NCBI RefSeq assembly: GCF_000181795.1
Contig: NW_003526944.1
Location: forward strand, 1,021,204 to 1,085,203
Reading direction: 5' to 3'
From: Trichinella spiralis
Taxonomy: Eukaryota
Length of the DNA stretch: 64,000 nucleotides
The position numbers were made by a program, and so were the translations under genes. Shown here one piece after another: positions 1-14,184 of the stretch (position 1 is its first letter; each line of letters starts with the position of its first letter). The notes beneath the pieces are model-generated. The model ran no database searches. It saw nothing but the letters and a program-made list of their open reading frames with translations, and was not told the DNA's origin.

Positions 1-118
1 TTGAGCTCCTTGATTAAGTACTGCGATTCTGTCAACAGAAGCGAGTTATGAAAAAGTTGTTTGAAAACAACTTCGAAAAAATGGAAACGTTCTCGCAAAG
101 CTGCATAAGAAGTACTGG

Positions 119-442
119 TTGCGTGTGAGAGATTTCGAGAAAACGCATACCAGTTTGACTGACGATAACAAGATTTACTTGGACAAGCTGGGAAATTGGC
201 TTTCCACATTACAGTCGATCGGTTTCATTTTCTCAGTGGTACTTGTCAAAGGGGGTAATAACCTGGCACAGCAAGCGATGGAACTTTTGGCCTTGCATCA
301 GCTGTTTTTGGAAAGTATTCAACAGGTTCTCAAAGAATATGCAGAAAATCTTGGACTAGACGGAGAATCGAAAAGCGAAGACAAAGCATTGGTCGAAACA
401 CTCATCAAGCAACTGGATCGCATGAAGTCTCAAGCTGAATAG
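119..442 (+). CDS. 3' part of an unidentified coding region, possibly degenerate
   Basis: 107-aa helical-looking ORF ending ...RMKSQAE*, followed by AATAAA near 497. The same frame reads protein-like upstream but has TGA at 62-64. No family recognised. Confidence 0.35.
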   Translation: MRVRDFEKTHTSLTDDNKIYLDKLGNWLSTLQSIGFIFSVVLVKGGNNLAQQAMELLALHQLFLESIQQVLKEYAENLGLDGESKSEDKALVETLIKQLDRMKSQAE

Positions 443-650
443 TATGATTTGTATTTTTTGAATTTATTTTACCATCAGATCGTATGCGGAGTGAAAAATA
501 AAAAACACTATTTTGATGACATCTAAAAATCTTGATTATCCATCACAAAATCATGAAACTTACATAACAGTTCAAATACATTATTCATTTCATTTTTTGC
601 AAATGATAAATGGTAACATTAATTACAAATTAATGCTAAATGCAAATGCT

Positions 651-2345
651 TCATTTATACAACAAACCATCTGGCCAGTAGTAAAAGCACAAATAACAGT
701 CTGTTATAAGCCTTTCAAACGGTGCACAAGCATTGGAATCAATTGTGCTGCGATGCAATTGATCTACATTTTCTGGTGATAGCCAACGGCAAAAGTCAGA
801 AAATAGACGAACTTCTGGAACGTTGTGTCCAGTTTCTTCTCCTGCACAGAAGATAATAACAATAATACAATAACTATTACTAACTGGATATAGGATATGA
901 AAACGTAAAAAACAAAAAGCATCAGAATCTATTCACAAAAATCACCTTCTCTATCTGCCATGCTGTCGAAAAAAATCCAATCCGATTCTGGTCGGTCCCC
1001 AACTCTTACAAAGCTAACATAATGCGAACTCTCGATGCACAATACAGCAGCTAGCTGTAAAATCACAGGACTAGGCGGTGATCGAACATCTATGCTGGGC
1101 AGCGTGACAACAGCATGATCCTGTTCGCTCTTCAGAGCACAATGAAACTATATTTCCAGAAGATTGTAAAAAATATTCAAAAAGCATATTCTGTACTTCA
1201 ACTATAAATCTCTAATACCTCTCGAAAGCAGTTGAAGCAAAAAAATGTTTCATTTAACCAATGAGTTTCTGTCAAATAACATTCTAGACATTGTAAATTA
1301 GCTAAAGATGAACATTTCCAGCACACGTGTGGATCTAAAAAATAAAATTTTAATGTTCCAAAATATATTAAATACGCTTCACAAACTGGTTAAACAATGC
1401 TTTCAGAAAAATCATACTATTTACATTAATAATAACAGTAAAAATACTACTATATCATTAAAAAAATCATTCTACAACAATAATTTCTGTTAATATTAAA
1501 ATGTAGTATGCTGTCAAATTCGAAAGTAAGAAATTCATTTTGCAAACTTATCAATATATACTGCTCAAACCTTGTAAACGTTGTATTGAAAACTGACGCC
1601 AAAAATTGAAAATCATTATCAAAAATCACTCACGACAAAGCAAAATGCTGGATATGTCCAGCTCCAATGATGGCAAAACACCACGTTACAGACGTTCTTT
1701 ACCATAACGAGGGATTTGAAGAATAAATCGAGTGTGAATCTAAAGCATGAAAATCGAAATATATAAAGCAAACGCATACTTATAAACAGTAGTCTTTTAC
1801 CCTCACAGACCCTCTTTAATAAAATGTTCAAATCAAAAAAATTCTGCTCCATTAATAATTGTTGCACGCTAACTACGGTTTTGCAGCTTTGCGATGACGG
1901 CTGCTGATCACCGCAGATAAGCTGGAATAAATAGCTACTTTCATTAGATCTGAAAAGAGTAAAATGTTTTATCCATGTCAATAATGATTTAGTCAAAGGA
2001 ACAATAACAAATTCTCACGAATGTTTAATGGCCGGCTCCACTTGACATCTACGACCAAAGTGTATTTTGAGAAATTCTTCTACATCTTTCTGCTCCTCCT
2101 CCTCCTCCTCCATGAATCCTTTCATGTCAGGAGCAATTTCTGTAATCTGTCGCCGGAATTCCATTCACACGGTCGGCACGTACATACTGATACCTGTTTA
2201 AAGTAAATCACTGAACAACAAGCATATTTACAACACAAACAAAACTGCTCACTTTCACAACGGGTATACGATGTCGCAACGCAGTGCATCAACAACATGC
2301 TTACGCTTAACACATCCATATCTTTCCGACAGTGCAAAAGATAGC
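651..2345 (-). pseudogene. CYLD: CYLD-type deubiquitinase USP domain; unprocessed, 5'-truncated pseudogene
   Basis: Spliced translation gives DIVYPL*K-YQYVRADRV/MEFRR...EQKDVEEFL, QIPRYGKERL*RGVLPSLELDI, B-box [25 protein letters not shown]...[19 protein letters not shown]...RLITDCYLCFY..LLYK*, all colinear with CYLD. Premature stops at 2255-2257 and 1686-1688; +1 frameshifts at ~2165 and in the A8 run 1239-1246. No Cys box seen upstream. Confidence 0.9.
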
Positions 2346-2589
2346 TTGAAAAATGATGAAAGCAACGTCAACCATATTTCAAGCAACTATTGTAAAATGT
2401 GCATTGAAATGAGAAATTTGAATTATCAATTAAATGTAGGAACACTTCGGCACAGTTGAAACTATCAATTCAACTGCTTCATTGTGGCCACTGCTCTAGT
2501 CTTGGGTAGTAATGTGATTTTGTGAAAAACGAACATAATCACTACTATTTTGCTTACCAAGACATAATATACCATGACAAAAAATGTAA

Positions 2590-5500
2590 AGTTGTCTTTT
2601 TTGAGAAATTTTAAAATAAATTCAAAAGCAGATACCTGTCGAACGCGTTTCAACAAGAAACCATTGAAACATTAAACCTGAATATTAGTAAAAACTGCTT
2701 TTCTCCATATGCATTCGAAGAATACTTTAAAGTTAGAGCTAAAATTAAATTCTGCTCTATTCTTATGTAATCATTTACGGCTTTGCCTCTGGTATAAGAA
2801 CCAAATTTTCTGTCAGTAATTAAGTGCAGTAACTTTAATCTAATTAACACTGTCAAGTAGCGAAAGTTGCGTCCTTATTTACATTATGAATTACATACAT
2901 ATGAAATTAATTTTGACTAAACTCATGTGAACATCCATCCGTTAACCTTAAGTTATAAAAAGAACTAGAACATATAACTTCAACTAGGCCATATTATTAT
3001 TATCATTGTACCTGTCGAATGTAAATTTGGGGAATGTAATTAAGTGAAAAAAAATATAAAAAGCAGAATACGAAAATTTCACTAATGAAAAAAAAACATA
3101 AAAAGAAATCAAAGAGGCATTTGACAGAAAACGTGTTGAATGAAAAAGTCCAAATACACCATAAAATTTCACGAAATAAAGAATTCAAGACGATCAGATT
3201 CCACATTAACAAGAACGTAATGTAATGCAAATATGTTATCATATGGATGGATCATGATGGAAATTAAATTCAATAATTTCCAATTGAATGAACCAGATGC
3301 TTCATAAACAGTGAAAGCGCATTTAAAATTATCCCTTTGATTTAAAAAAATTGCTCAAATATGAGAATTCTTAAATTATGCTTGCAAAAGCGCGTTACAG
3401 CTTTTATCTTCACTTCATTGGTATTTCCTTAATTGGGTACCACCCCACAACGTACTTGTTGAATCGGAGCACCAAAAATGAGAAAATTACCCGGCTTGGT
3501 AGGGAGTTTTCTATATTAGCGAGAGAATGTTTATACAGTAATCGCCTGGTCATAATTAAGATATCTTTATGTTATGTATAGAAAATCGCTTCTGGATTTG
3601 AAAGGGCACAAAATGCTTTCAGTAGAATACTATCGACATCATCGTTCATTTTCAAATTATCATAAAGTTACTTTGTTGACCTGGAAATGCACATTTGTTT
3701 GCCTGGCGTAAATTGAGGCATTGAGCTAGCATGGCATTTGAAGTTTATCATGGATGATTCGAACATCTGTAAACATATCAGTGGAAGGATAGCTGACTTT
3801 GGCTAAATCAGCTTCTTGAACTTTGATTTTTCACTTTCATAGAAAATTTGGATTGAAATGAAAAACTAAACATGCATAACGTACGCCATAACTAATAGGC
3901 TGACAAAATGGAATTGCGATGAAAGTAGTTGATATTTTTTGAAAATAATTTTTATAGTTCAAAATCAATAAATGATGATAATGAAATTTATGACAATTTC
4001 TAGAAATGACTGTTCAAGAAAAAATTGGATGAATTTTACTAGATACACTGAATAAAGAAATTTGTATCTGTTTTCAGGTAATATTGAACCAGCAGTTTTT
4101 AGTAATATGAAACTTATTGTTTGGAACATAATTTTCAATACAGTATTTAATTCAACAAACTTGTTTATATCTCTACATTAAAAGTGATTCATATGAAGAG
4201 TAAAATTTGTTTCCATTTTCAGTGTTGAAATTATTATAATAGTAGTGAAGAAAATCATATGGACTGAAATTGATGGTAAAGTGCAATGTCCTTGAATGAT
4301 TAAATTTTGAATAGAAACTGTTCAAATGTCTGATCGATATGTAATCAGAGCAATTATTACAATAAATACATAGCATAATGATATAATGAACAACATATTA
4401 TTTATGCGATTTGCAAAAATTTGTTGTCTTAGAGACAAATTTCAAGAGCAATTTTCAATCAATCATTTTTCCCTTTCAATTAGAAAGCAGTCTGTTTGCA
4501 ATGCTTTGCGACATTGAATTTCATCATCAAATAAACCCAACACTATTCACATTGATAAAATATCTGGATCAGCTCTTAGAAAAGAAAATATCTAAATCGA
4601 AAAGTATCCAATAATTATCATCTGAATCAACAATTTTTTTCTCATCATCACCAACCAAATGCATCACTATTTGATTTTCAATCGTGTCTTTTTTCAAAGG
4701 TTGAATATTCGGAAATGCAATACAAAACGTTGCTAACAAATTCAACATGCAACAAATCCACTTCAAATTCACAATTTTCCCATAAATAAATATGGTGCTC
4801 GATGGTGGATTGATTTCAATTCAAAATGACCACCAGTTTGAGTTATAAAAATCCACGAATATATCTGATGCATTATAATTAAATCTAATTATTGAATGTG
4901 TAGAAAAATTGCTAATAACTAATTGATCGTTAACTTAAAAGTAGATTTTCCTGAAAACCATAGACACATGAACATCTATTCAAATCTGTTGTATTTTATT
5001 TGATTAGGTTAATAAGTTATATAATAACTTAACACTTAATTTAAGCTCCGTTATTTAAAATTGAAATCAAACCAACTTACAAAAATTATTCTCTTCTCTT
5101 CATATTGTTGGCATTCATCTGCTCGTTTCTGTGGTTGATGTTCAAAATCACGATGCATCACTTTTTAAAGAAATGAAAATTGCAGAAACAAAACTGAACA
5201 TATAAGCCAGCGCTCTGTTGAACACGCCATAGTAGTGTTCATTCACGGCCCACCTTTCGCCTATGATTATTTCCAACGAAGCTCGAAAGCAAACAAATAA
5301 CAGTCGGATAAAAATTTGCATAATTTTCGTTTCGACTAAAAATTTAGGACAACGTTCATAGGCCAACTTAATTTCGTCGCTTGTTTGCGCAGACTGATCA
5401 AGAATAAATTGTAAAATTGTACGAAATCTTATATTCCATATAACTGTACTTTGTTTTACAATACTGATCATAAACCATTGATGCTATTCAATTGAAATAA

Positions 5501-8500
5501 TAAAGTGCAGCATAAGTGTAATCGAAATCAGAAGATGTAAATAAGTAATCTGATAATAATATACACCAAAATTCTCGATTACTGTCATGGCATCAATTCG
5601 TGTTTCACAATATGGGAATCATACTTGACCCAAGAGGATGTATGTTTTCTTTACCTATTTNNNNNNNNNNAAACATTTAACTGGTTTTTTTTGGGGAGAT
5701 TTAGAGGAAATTAGAAACCGCAGGTCTTTTGTTCGCGTTTCATCCAGCAACCTGGGAAGCATTAAACGTGAGAATATAAAACAGGTATTCTTCTTGGCCC
5801 AGGTAGAATTCATAACCGTTGGAGTTGAACTGACTTGTGGCCTCTATGAATTAGTCAATTTTTGGTCTTTCTTTCGATTTAATCACCAAGTCTGGAATCT
5901 AGAATTAAGTTCAGTAACTTTAATATGAATATCACCCTCAAGGTGGGGAAAGAGCGTCTTCAACTACATTTCGAAGTTCACACATTAGAAATTAATTTTG
6001 ACTGGATTCATGGGAACATCCAAGTGGTAGAAGTAAATCATACAAAGAATTTGAACATATAATTTCAACTAGGCCCTATTATTAATATCATGGTTCCTGT
6101 CGAATGTTTTTTCAGGGAATGTAATTAAGTGAAAAAAAAGATTAAAAGCAGAATACGAAATTCAATATTTAAAAAAAAAACATAAAAGAAATCAAAGAGG
6201 CATTTTGACAGAAAACGTGTTGAATGAAAAAAGTCCAAATACACCATAAAATTTCACGAAATAAAGAATTCAAGACGATCAGATTCCACATTAACAAGAA
6301 CGTAATGTAATGCAAATATGTTATCATATGGATGGATCATGATGGAAATTAAATTCAATAATTTCCAATTGAATGAACCAGATGCTTCATAAACAGTGAA
6401 AGCGCATTTAAAATTATCCCTTTGATTTAAAAAAATTGCTCAAATATGAGAATTCTTAAATTATGCTTGCAAAAGCGCGTTACAGCTTTTATCTTCACTT
6501 CATTGGTATTTCCTTAATTGGGTACCACCCCACAACGTACTTGTTGAATCGGAGCACCAAAAATGAGAAAATTACCCGGCTTGGTAGGGAGTTTTCTATA
6601 TTAGCGAGAGAATGTTTATACAGTAATCGCCTGGTCATAATTAAGATATCTTTATGTTATGTATAGAAAATCGCTTCTGGATTTGAAAGGGCACAAAATG
6701 CTTTCAGTAGAATACTATCGACATCATCGTTCATTTTCAAATTATCATAAAGTTACTTTGTTGACCTGGAAATGCACATTTGTTTGCCTGGCGTAAATTG
6801 AGGCATTGAGCTAGCATGGCATTTGAAGTTTATCATGGATGATTCGAACATCTGTAAACATATCAGTGGTAGGATAGCTGACTTTGGCTAAATCAGCTTC
6901 TTGAACTTTGATTTTTCACTTTCATAGAAAATTTGGATTGAAATGAAAAACTAAACATGCATAACGTACGCCATAACTAATAAGCTGACAAAATGGAATT
7001 GCGATGAAAGTAGTTGATATTTTTTGAAAATAATTTTTATAGTTCAAAATCAATAAATGATGATAATGAAATTTATGACAATTTCTAGAAATGACTGTTC
7101 AAGAAAAAATTGGATGAATTTTACTAGATACACTGAATAAAGAAATTTGTATCTGTTTTCAGGTAATATTGAACCAGCAGTTTTTAGTAACATGAAACTT
7201 ATTGTTTGGGACATAATTTTCAATACAGTATTTAATTCAACAAACTTGTTTATATCTCTACATTAAAAGTGATTCATATGAAGAGCAAAATTTGTTTCCA
7301 TTTTCAGTGTTGAAATTATTATAATAGTAGTGAAGAAAATCATATGGACTGAAATTGATGGTAAAGTGCAATGTCCTTGAATGATTAAATTTTGAATAGA
7401 AACTGTTCAAATGTCTGATCGATATGTAATCAGAGCAATTATTACAATAAATACATAGCATAATGATATAATGAACAACATATTATTTATACGATTTGCA
7501 AAAATTTGTTGTCTTAGAGACAAATTTCAAGAGCTTTTTTCAATCAATCATTTTTCCCTTTCAATTAGAAAGCAGTCTGTTTGCAATGCTTTGCGACATT
7601 GAATTTCATCATCAAATAAACCCAACACTATTCACATTGATAAAATATCTGGATCAGCTCTTAGAAAAGAAAATATCTAAATCGAAAAGTATCCAATAAT
7701 TATCATCTGAATCAACAATTTTTTTCTCATCATCACCAACCAAATGCATCACTATTTGATTTTCAATCGTGTCTTTTTTCAAAGGTTGAATATTCGGAAA
7801 TGCAATACAAAACGTTGCTAACAAATTCAACATGCAACAAATCCACTTCAAATTCACAATTTTCCCATAAATAAATATGGTGCTCGATGGTGGATTGATT
7901 TCAATTCAAAATGACCACCAGTTTGAGTTATAAAAATCCACGAATATATCTGATGCATTATAATTAAATCTAATTATTGAATGTGTAGAAAAATTGCTAA
8001 TAACTAATTGATCGTTAACTTAAAAGTAGATTTTCCTGAAAACCATAGACACATGAACATCTATTCAAATTTGTTGTATTTTATTTGATTAGGTTAATAA
8101 GTTATATAATAACTTAACACTTAATTTAAGCTCCGTTATTTAAAATTGAAATCAAACCAACTTACAAAAATTATTCTCTTCTCTTCATATTGTTGGCACT
8201 CATCTGCTCGTTTCTGTGGTTGATGTTCAAAATCACGATGCATCACTTTTTAAAGAAATGAAAATTGCAGAAACAAAACTGAACATATAAGCCAGCGCTC
8301 TGTTGAACACGCCATAGTAGTGTTCATTCACGGCCCACCTTTCGCCTATGATTATTTCCAACGAAGCTCGAAAGCAAACAAATAACAGTCGGATAAAAAT
8401 TTGCATAATCTTCGTTTCGACTAAAAATTTAGGACAACGTTCATAGGCCAACTTAATTTCGTCGCTTGTTTGCGCAGACTGATCAAGAATAAATTGTAAA

Positions 8501-8740
8501 ATTGTACGAAATCTTATATTCCATATAACTGTACTTTGTTTTACAATACTGATCATAAACCATTGATGCTATTCAATTGAAATAATAAAGTGCAGCATAA
8601 GTGTAATCGAAATCAGAAGATGTAAATAAGTAATCTGATAATAATATACACCAAAATTCTCGATTACTGTCATGGCATCAATTCGTGTTCACAAATATGG
8701 AATCATAACTTACCAAAAAGATGTATGTTTCTTTACATAT
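2590..8740. repeat. ~3.1-kb tandem direct duplication across N gap 5661-5670 (offset 3085); probable false duplication
   Basis: Identical ORF pairs 3378/6463 and 5148/8233. 5671-~6230 is an error-rich version of ~2590-3150 that improves with distance from the gap. Confidence 0.9.
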
Positions 8741-9282
8741 TTACAGTAAACGTGTTCGCTTTTAGTTTTTTTTCTTCAACGATTGAACGATCCAGATAAA
8801 CATTTTCTCTTCTGGTTGTTTCTTCCAAGTCATTTTAATGAAAAAATTTCCAAACGACAGAATGTGCTAGCTGCATGGTAAAGCAAATTGTGCTGACGCA
8901 CGCTGTGATTGTGATATGATAACAATGACAATAATGATAATGATAATAATAATAAAAGTTCAAGAGTGAACAACAATAAAGTACGATTGAAAATTTGCAA
9001 GTTGAGAAAAAAATTGAAACAATTCAATATAAATCGATAATGCAGATCATAAAAATGCACGTATAAATGTGTGATTAAGATTTTCTAGATTAAAATAAAT
9101 TTCAATCTGAAAATGAAAAAAAAATAAAAACAAAAAGAAAAAACTGAAATCATACCTGCTGATAGTAAATTTTCACCAAGCATACTGTAGTAGCAAGAGG
9201 CAACAAATTGACAGTGGAATTGCAAAAAATTAAAACAACAACAACAATAATAATAATAATAATAAATGTTTCAATTGAAAAT

Positions 9283-9999
9283 TTAATAAATTTTCTTCTT
9301 CGTCGCCGTGAAACGGTCCATATAGTTCTGGTAGTTGGGCAAGAGGCAAAATTCTCTCATAGTGAACAAGTTGCCGTCAACGGCCAACAAACTGATGCTC
9401 GAATCTCGCAATATTGGATCCCAAAACGAGCCCAACGGTAGACAGTTCTCCTCGATACGGAGCACTTTCAACCTCCTGCACTTGGCCAACTGTTCGGATA
9501 GTGTGTTCAACTGATTCTGGTTGAGTATGAGCTCAATGACGTTCAGGTTCGCCACCTCGTCCGGTATACGGTCAATCTGATTTGCCGACAAGTCCAGCAC
9601 GTCCAGGTTGGCTAATTCGCACAGGACCGTTGGAAAAACGCTGAAACAGTTGGAACACAGGGTCACTTGGCGCAACTTTTGCAAATTTCCCACACTGGAC
9701 GGCAGGGTGGTCAGCAAGTTGGAACCGGCCGACAATTGTTCCAGCTTGACCAGGTTGCCAATTTCATCGGGCAACAGTTGAAGCCGATTGCCGTCCAAAT
9801 GCAACTGCTTCAACAGTGAAAATTCGCCAACAAAGCCCGGCAAGTGTGGAATTTTATTATTCGACAAATCCAACGACCTCAGCCGGGATCGTGATCGCAA
9901 CGCTTGTGCGGGAATTTCTTTCAAATTGCAATTGGCCAACTGCAGCACGCCGGTCTTCTCAGCGCTTTCAAGATGATGTTTCACCGCCTTGTTGCCCAT
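9283..9999 (-). CDS. LRRC57: Leucine-rich repeat-containing protein 57, intronless CDS
   Basis: 238 aa; MGNKAVKHHLESAEKTGVLQL..., LRRs, and C-terminal LAVDGNLF...YMDRFTATKKKIY match LRRC57 in termini and length. Confidence 0.93.
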   Translation of the reverse strand: MGNKAVKHHLESAEKTGVLQLANCNLKEIPAQALRSRSRLRSLDLSNNKIPHLPGFVGEFSLLKQLHLDGNRLQLLPDEIGNLVKLEQLSAGSNLLTTLPSSVGNLQKLRQVTLCSNCFSVFPTVLCELANLDVLDLSANQIDRIPDEVANLNVIELILNQNQLNTLSEQLAKCRRLKVLRIEENCLPLGSFWDPILRDSSISLLAVDGNLFTMREFCLLPNYQNYMDRFTATKKKIY

Positions 10000-10315
10000 G
10001 CGTAAAATCGAAAATCGAACAAAATGATGACAAAAATTTCAAAAACCAAATCAATCAATCAATCAATCAATCAATAAAACAATGCACAACGGATTTCTTC
10101 AGCATCATTCGTACAATATGCAAATAAACGCCAATTAAAAATGTTTTATTCAAATTTTCAAACAACCATTCTGTAATTGTATTTTTCTTTTGTAGACGAA
10201 GAAGAAGAAGATGATGGTGATGATGAAAAATAAACGAACATACGAACAAGCACGCTACTTTTAAATGTGTGTTTCCAATGTGCCAAAAGTAAATCAAAAA
10301 CGCAAAACAGAACGG

Positions 10316-13300
10316 CTACGAGATGTAATTGTAATTGCTTGAATTTTTCACATCACGACTGATAAATCTTCGTTCAATCAAATTTTCGATACGCTTCTTC
10401 ACATCGGAAGCCTGCAATACAGCAGCAACAGCAAAAATGTAATCGTGCAATTATAATTGTAATTGCAAATTAAATATTTTTGTTTAAACAATAATAATAA
10501 TAATAAATATTATTCACTTGAACGCTGAATTGCAACTGTCGCACTATTTCCGACATCAATTCTGAATGGCTGATTGTTTTTCTAGTTTTCAAAATTCGAA
10601 CAATCGCCGCATCAATGCTAAACACCCTGTTGCTGTTCACCTGTTCGACGGTCATAAAATTTTCTTCGTTCTGATTAAAAATTTAAAAAATAACTAAATA
10701 AATATTTATTTAAAAAAATAAAAGCCAAACCGTTTCTTTGGATTGAATCTGATTGATTTTGATGCGCAACATGGGACTGGTGAAATTTGCGTTAAAAATA
10801 AAAGTGTCATTTTCGTTCACATCTTTCCCCTGAAAAAAAATTCTGAAAAATATATGCAAAATAAACAAACAAAAACATACTTTTGGCACTTTTTGAATAA
10901 CGCGAAACTTGCCACATGCTAAAGACTGCAACGTCCGACGGAGTTCCACAGTTTCTGAAATAAGCAAATAACCATTCAAAATTTCCAAACATCAAACATT
11001 GATTATATAAATTTAAATAAAGGCCAGTAAATAAGCTCAATGGCCAAAAATTTGTTCCAAATGGAAGCAATAAAATGTGAAATTTCAAAAAAAATTAAAT
11101 TATTACAAACCTATATTAGTCTGCTGTTGTATCGATTTGAAAGACAGCTGATCGCTGTCGTTGAACAACAACAATACAATGCCTTGGAAAAGCGACACTT
11201 GCAACTCTTTTTCCACCTACAAACAAAGAAAAAACACAGAATATATATGGTAAAAAATTGTGGATGTACAAACAAACAAACAAAGTGCAACGTACGCCAG
11301 GTTTAAAACGAGCAGCTACAAGGCACTGACCAACGTAAGATTGCCATGATAATTTTCGACCAGCATGTTTCTCCATGTAAAAATGTTCAAACTGAGACAT
11401 GCTCGAAAGTAGTACTTGCGGATATATGATGTCCATTTTCGGGTAGCTAGGCCAGTTGCCGATTGTCAGTACGCTGACGTTCATTTCGACGACAGAATTT
11501 AAACAATTGGATGCTATTAAATAATTCTGAAATATCAATTATTGTTAGCAGTGAGAAAAAGAAGAATACTAAATCTCACTTTAAATCCAGAAGCGAATTC
11601 TTTGGACGTTTCAAAATCTCTAAACATCACCTCCAATTTGGAAGTAAAATCTGAACCACACTCTACAAATGATGTACAATAATCAAGTGAATTCGTTGAA
11701 CGCACAATTGTATGTCATGCTAATTAATCTGTATACCGCGTTTCAGTTCAGACAAAACTGCCTTTTCGGCGTCAAACGAAGCACTTTTGCCAAAAAGCAA
11801 ACGTTTGGCCAAAAATTTTTGATAAAACATCTCAAATAAATCTTTGCCTACAAATATTAAAAGAAAAAACAACACCATTTGAAATGCCCTTCACAATGAG
11901 CATAATTTTTCCACGCATACCGTCGACGATGCGAAACAAACTTAAAGCCTTTACAGTTTCCTGATCCAACTCTTCTTCTGGATATTGTTTTCTTCCAGTG
12001 CGCAATTTCATGTCAATAAATTTTGCTAAATTAAATAAAAAACATGCAATTAATATCTTTCTCCATTCTTTTCTTTTTTTCATTATTAAAATCCCCACAA
12101 AAATATACATTTGCATAACCTACCCAAAAGTTCATTCACTTTGGCGGATTTTTTGTTCACAATGGAACTAAATACCGAACGTGCCGCAAGATCAATACCG
12201 GCTGAGTCAGAAAAACAGTACGAAACTACGTTGGATACAAAATCACGGTATTTCAGCAAGCTGCGCAAAGCTTCACAATCTATCTCATCTCCTTTCAAGA
12301 AAGATATAACATTAACCTGAAATGAAAAGAGAAAAATTAAATTATTTTTAAAATTAAATCAGCCATCCCCATCCTCATCTTCGTCAGTAAATTAGTTGTT
12401 AAATGAGCAGTTTCGTACCGAGATGTAATTGGAAAATCGTAGTTTCAATTCATCGATACTGGCTGGATCGTAACTAATCAACTGGTAAAGTAATTTCAAA
12501 TCGTCCAGTTGCGAATTGTACAGCATACAATCAAAGCCTGCAACATGACGAAAGCATTGACGTTTAGAACAAATCCACCGTTCGATATTTTTTTAGAAAC
12601 CTTTGTTCAGGATATCTTCGACGTGAGGGGATATTAAGCCGTCTTCAACCACTGATATCAGAGATTTTCCGCTGTTTTTGTCCAAATAAAATTCAGTTCT
12701 TTCCGATTCTAGCTTCAGCTGCTTGGTTACATAGGCGAGATAGTGCGGTACCTAGACAAAAGTGGGAAGCAATTTTAAAACAATTGTTTCCATTTCAACA
12801 GCCTTCAAAGAGAAAAACATTACATCATCAACTTCAATACGTCGCATTCCTTCTTCCAAATAAAATGTTTTCGTCTCTTCGAGCAAACGATCTTCCAAAA
12901 TTTCATGATAAATCTAAAATAAAAATTTCCAACTCATAAACTAATTTGCATGTTTCGCTTGACAAGGCTTGTATACATTCAAAGTGGCAAACATGTGAAG
13001 CAAATTTCTAATCAATAAATGATCCACATCTTCGCCAGAGCGTTCTTGATGAATTAAAAAAAGCAACGAGTCGACCAGCTTTGTTTGAATGGAGCTTCTC
13101 ATGATTGCACAAGACCGAAATATAGTCAATCCCATTTCCCTAAAAAATTACTTCCAATACAAACAAATAAAAAATAAAAGTACATTTAATTTTTCACCAA
13201 ATAGACATCATTGGCATTTCTTGAAGAGCAGCAGACCGATCAAGTTGTGAAAAAATTAGCCTTATAGATTTCTAAATGAAAAAAAAGAAAAAATGTAATT

Positions 13301-14184
13301 TTCAAGCACCTTCAAAATCAAACAGCACCTAACCGACTACAACTCAACACTTTTATTGTAAAAATTTCTTTTAATTGGCACTCCTTTAGAAAATTAAAAA
13401 TGTAATACAAGTATTTGTTATAAACAAAATATTTTTTCTAATAATTTCCAACACTACCATGCATCAAAAAGCAGCCACGAAAACATGCTCAGACAAAATA
13501 TTAATAACAACATTTTAAAGAATAATGCCATTATAAGATAATATTATTTCAAAACTGCACTACTACTTGAAAAAACATACCATTTGACTACAATGTTCTT
13601 GCCAAATTTTCATGACCAATTTTGAAAAGCTCAACGCATCCAAGTTGCCTTCCATAAGAACCGCCGATCTCTTTGAAACGCACTCTTCACAAAAAGTGAA
13701 CAATTTCTCATAGAGCCATTTACTTTTACCAATAAAACGCACTATTTCGTCAACAGTCTACAATTGTTTTATTCTACATTCTGTTGCAGAATTAATTCAA
13801 AATGAAAATACAAACACTAAAAAGATCTTCGGTCGAATTTTTGTAAGACTTTTGCATCAAAATAGCCCACACTGGCTCTTCTAATTTTTTCCACTTACAT
13901 TCCAACTGTTCTTCCATTAAGCATATTGACTGATTCGCTAAAAAGCAAAAGATCAAACAGTCAGTTACCAGAAAAAAACAACCATATATATATATAAAAC
14001 TGTTTAGCCATTTACAGCAATCTGATTGAAAAGTCAGAGGTATATTGCCAGGTTGATGATGTCGCACATTATCTGTCCATCTCACCGTTTCAGAGCGATT
14101 GGGTGGAGTGAGAAATTTACTTTGTTTAGCACTACGTGAACCATCAGAACGTCTTTCGCGGTTAATTGAAATTAAGCTGGACAT
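10316..14184 (-). CDS. CUL4: Cullin-4 (multi-exon; start codon uncertain)
   Basis: Exons encode [103 protein letters not shown] (neddylation Lys kept) and ...SSNYNYIS* (TAG at 10316-10318). Confidence 0.9.

Noticed and set aside
2590..8740. Long direct repeats as LTRs of a retrotransposon
   Set aside because: The copies abut a gap, with no internal gag-pol and no evident TG..CA ends or TSD.
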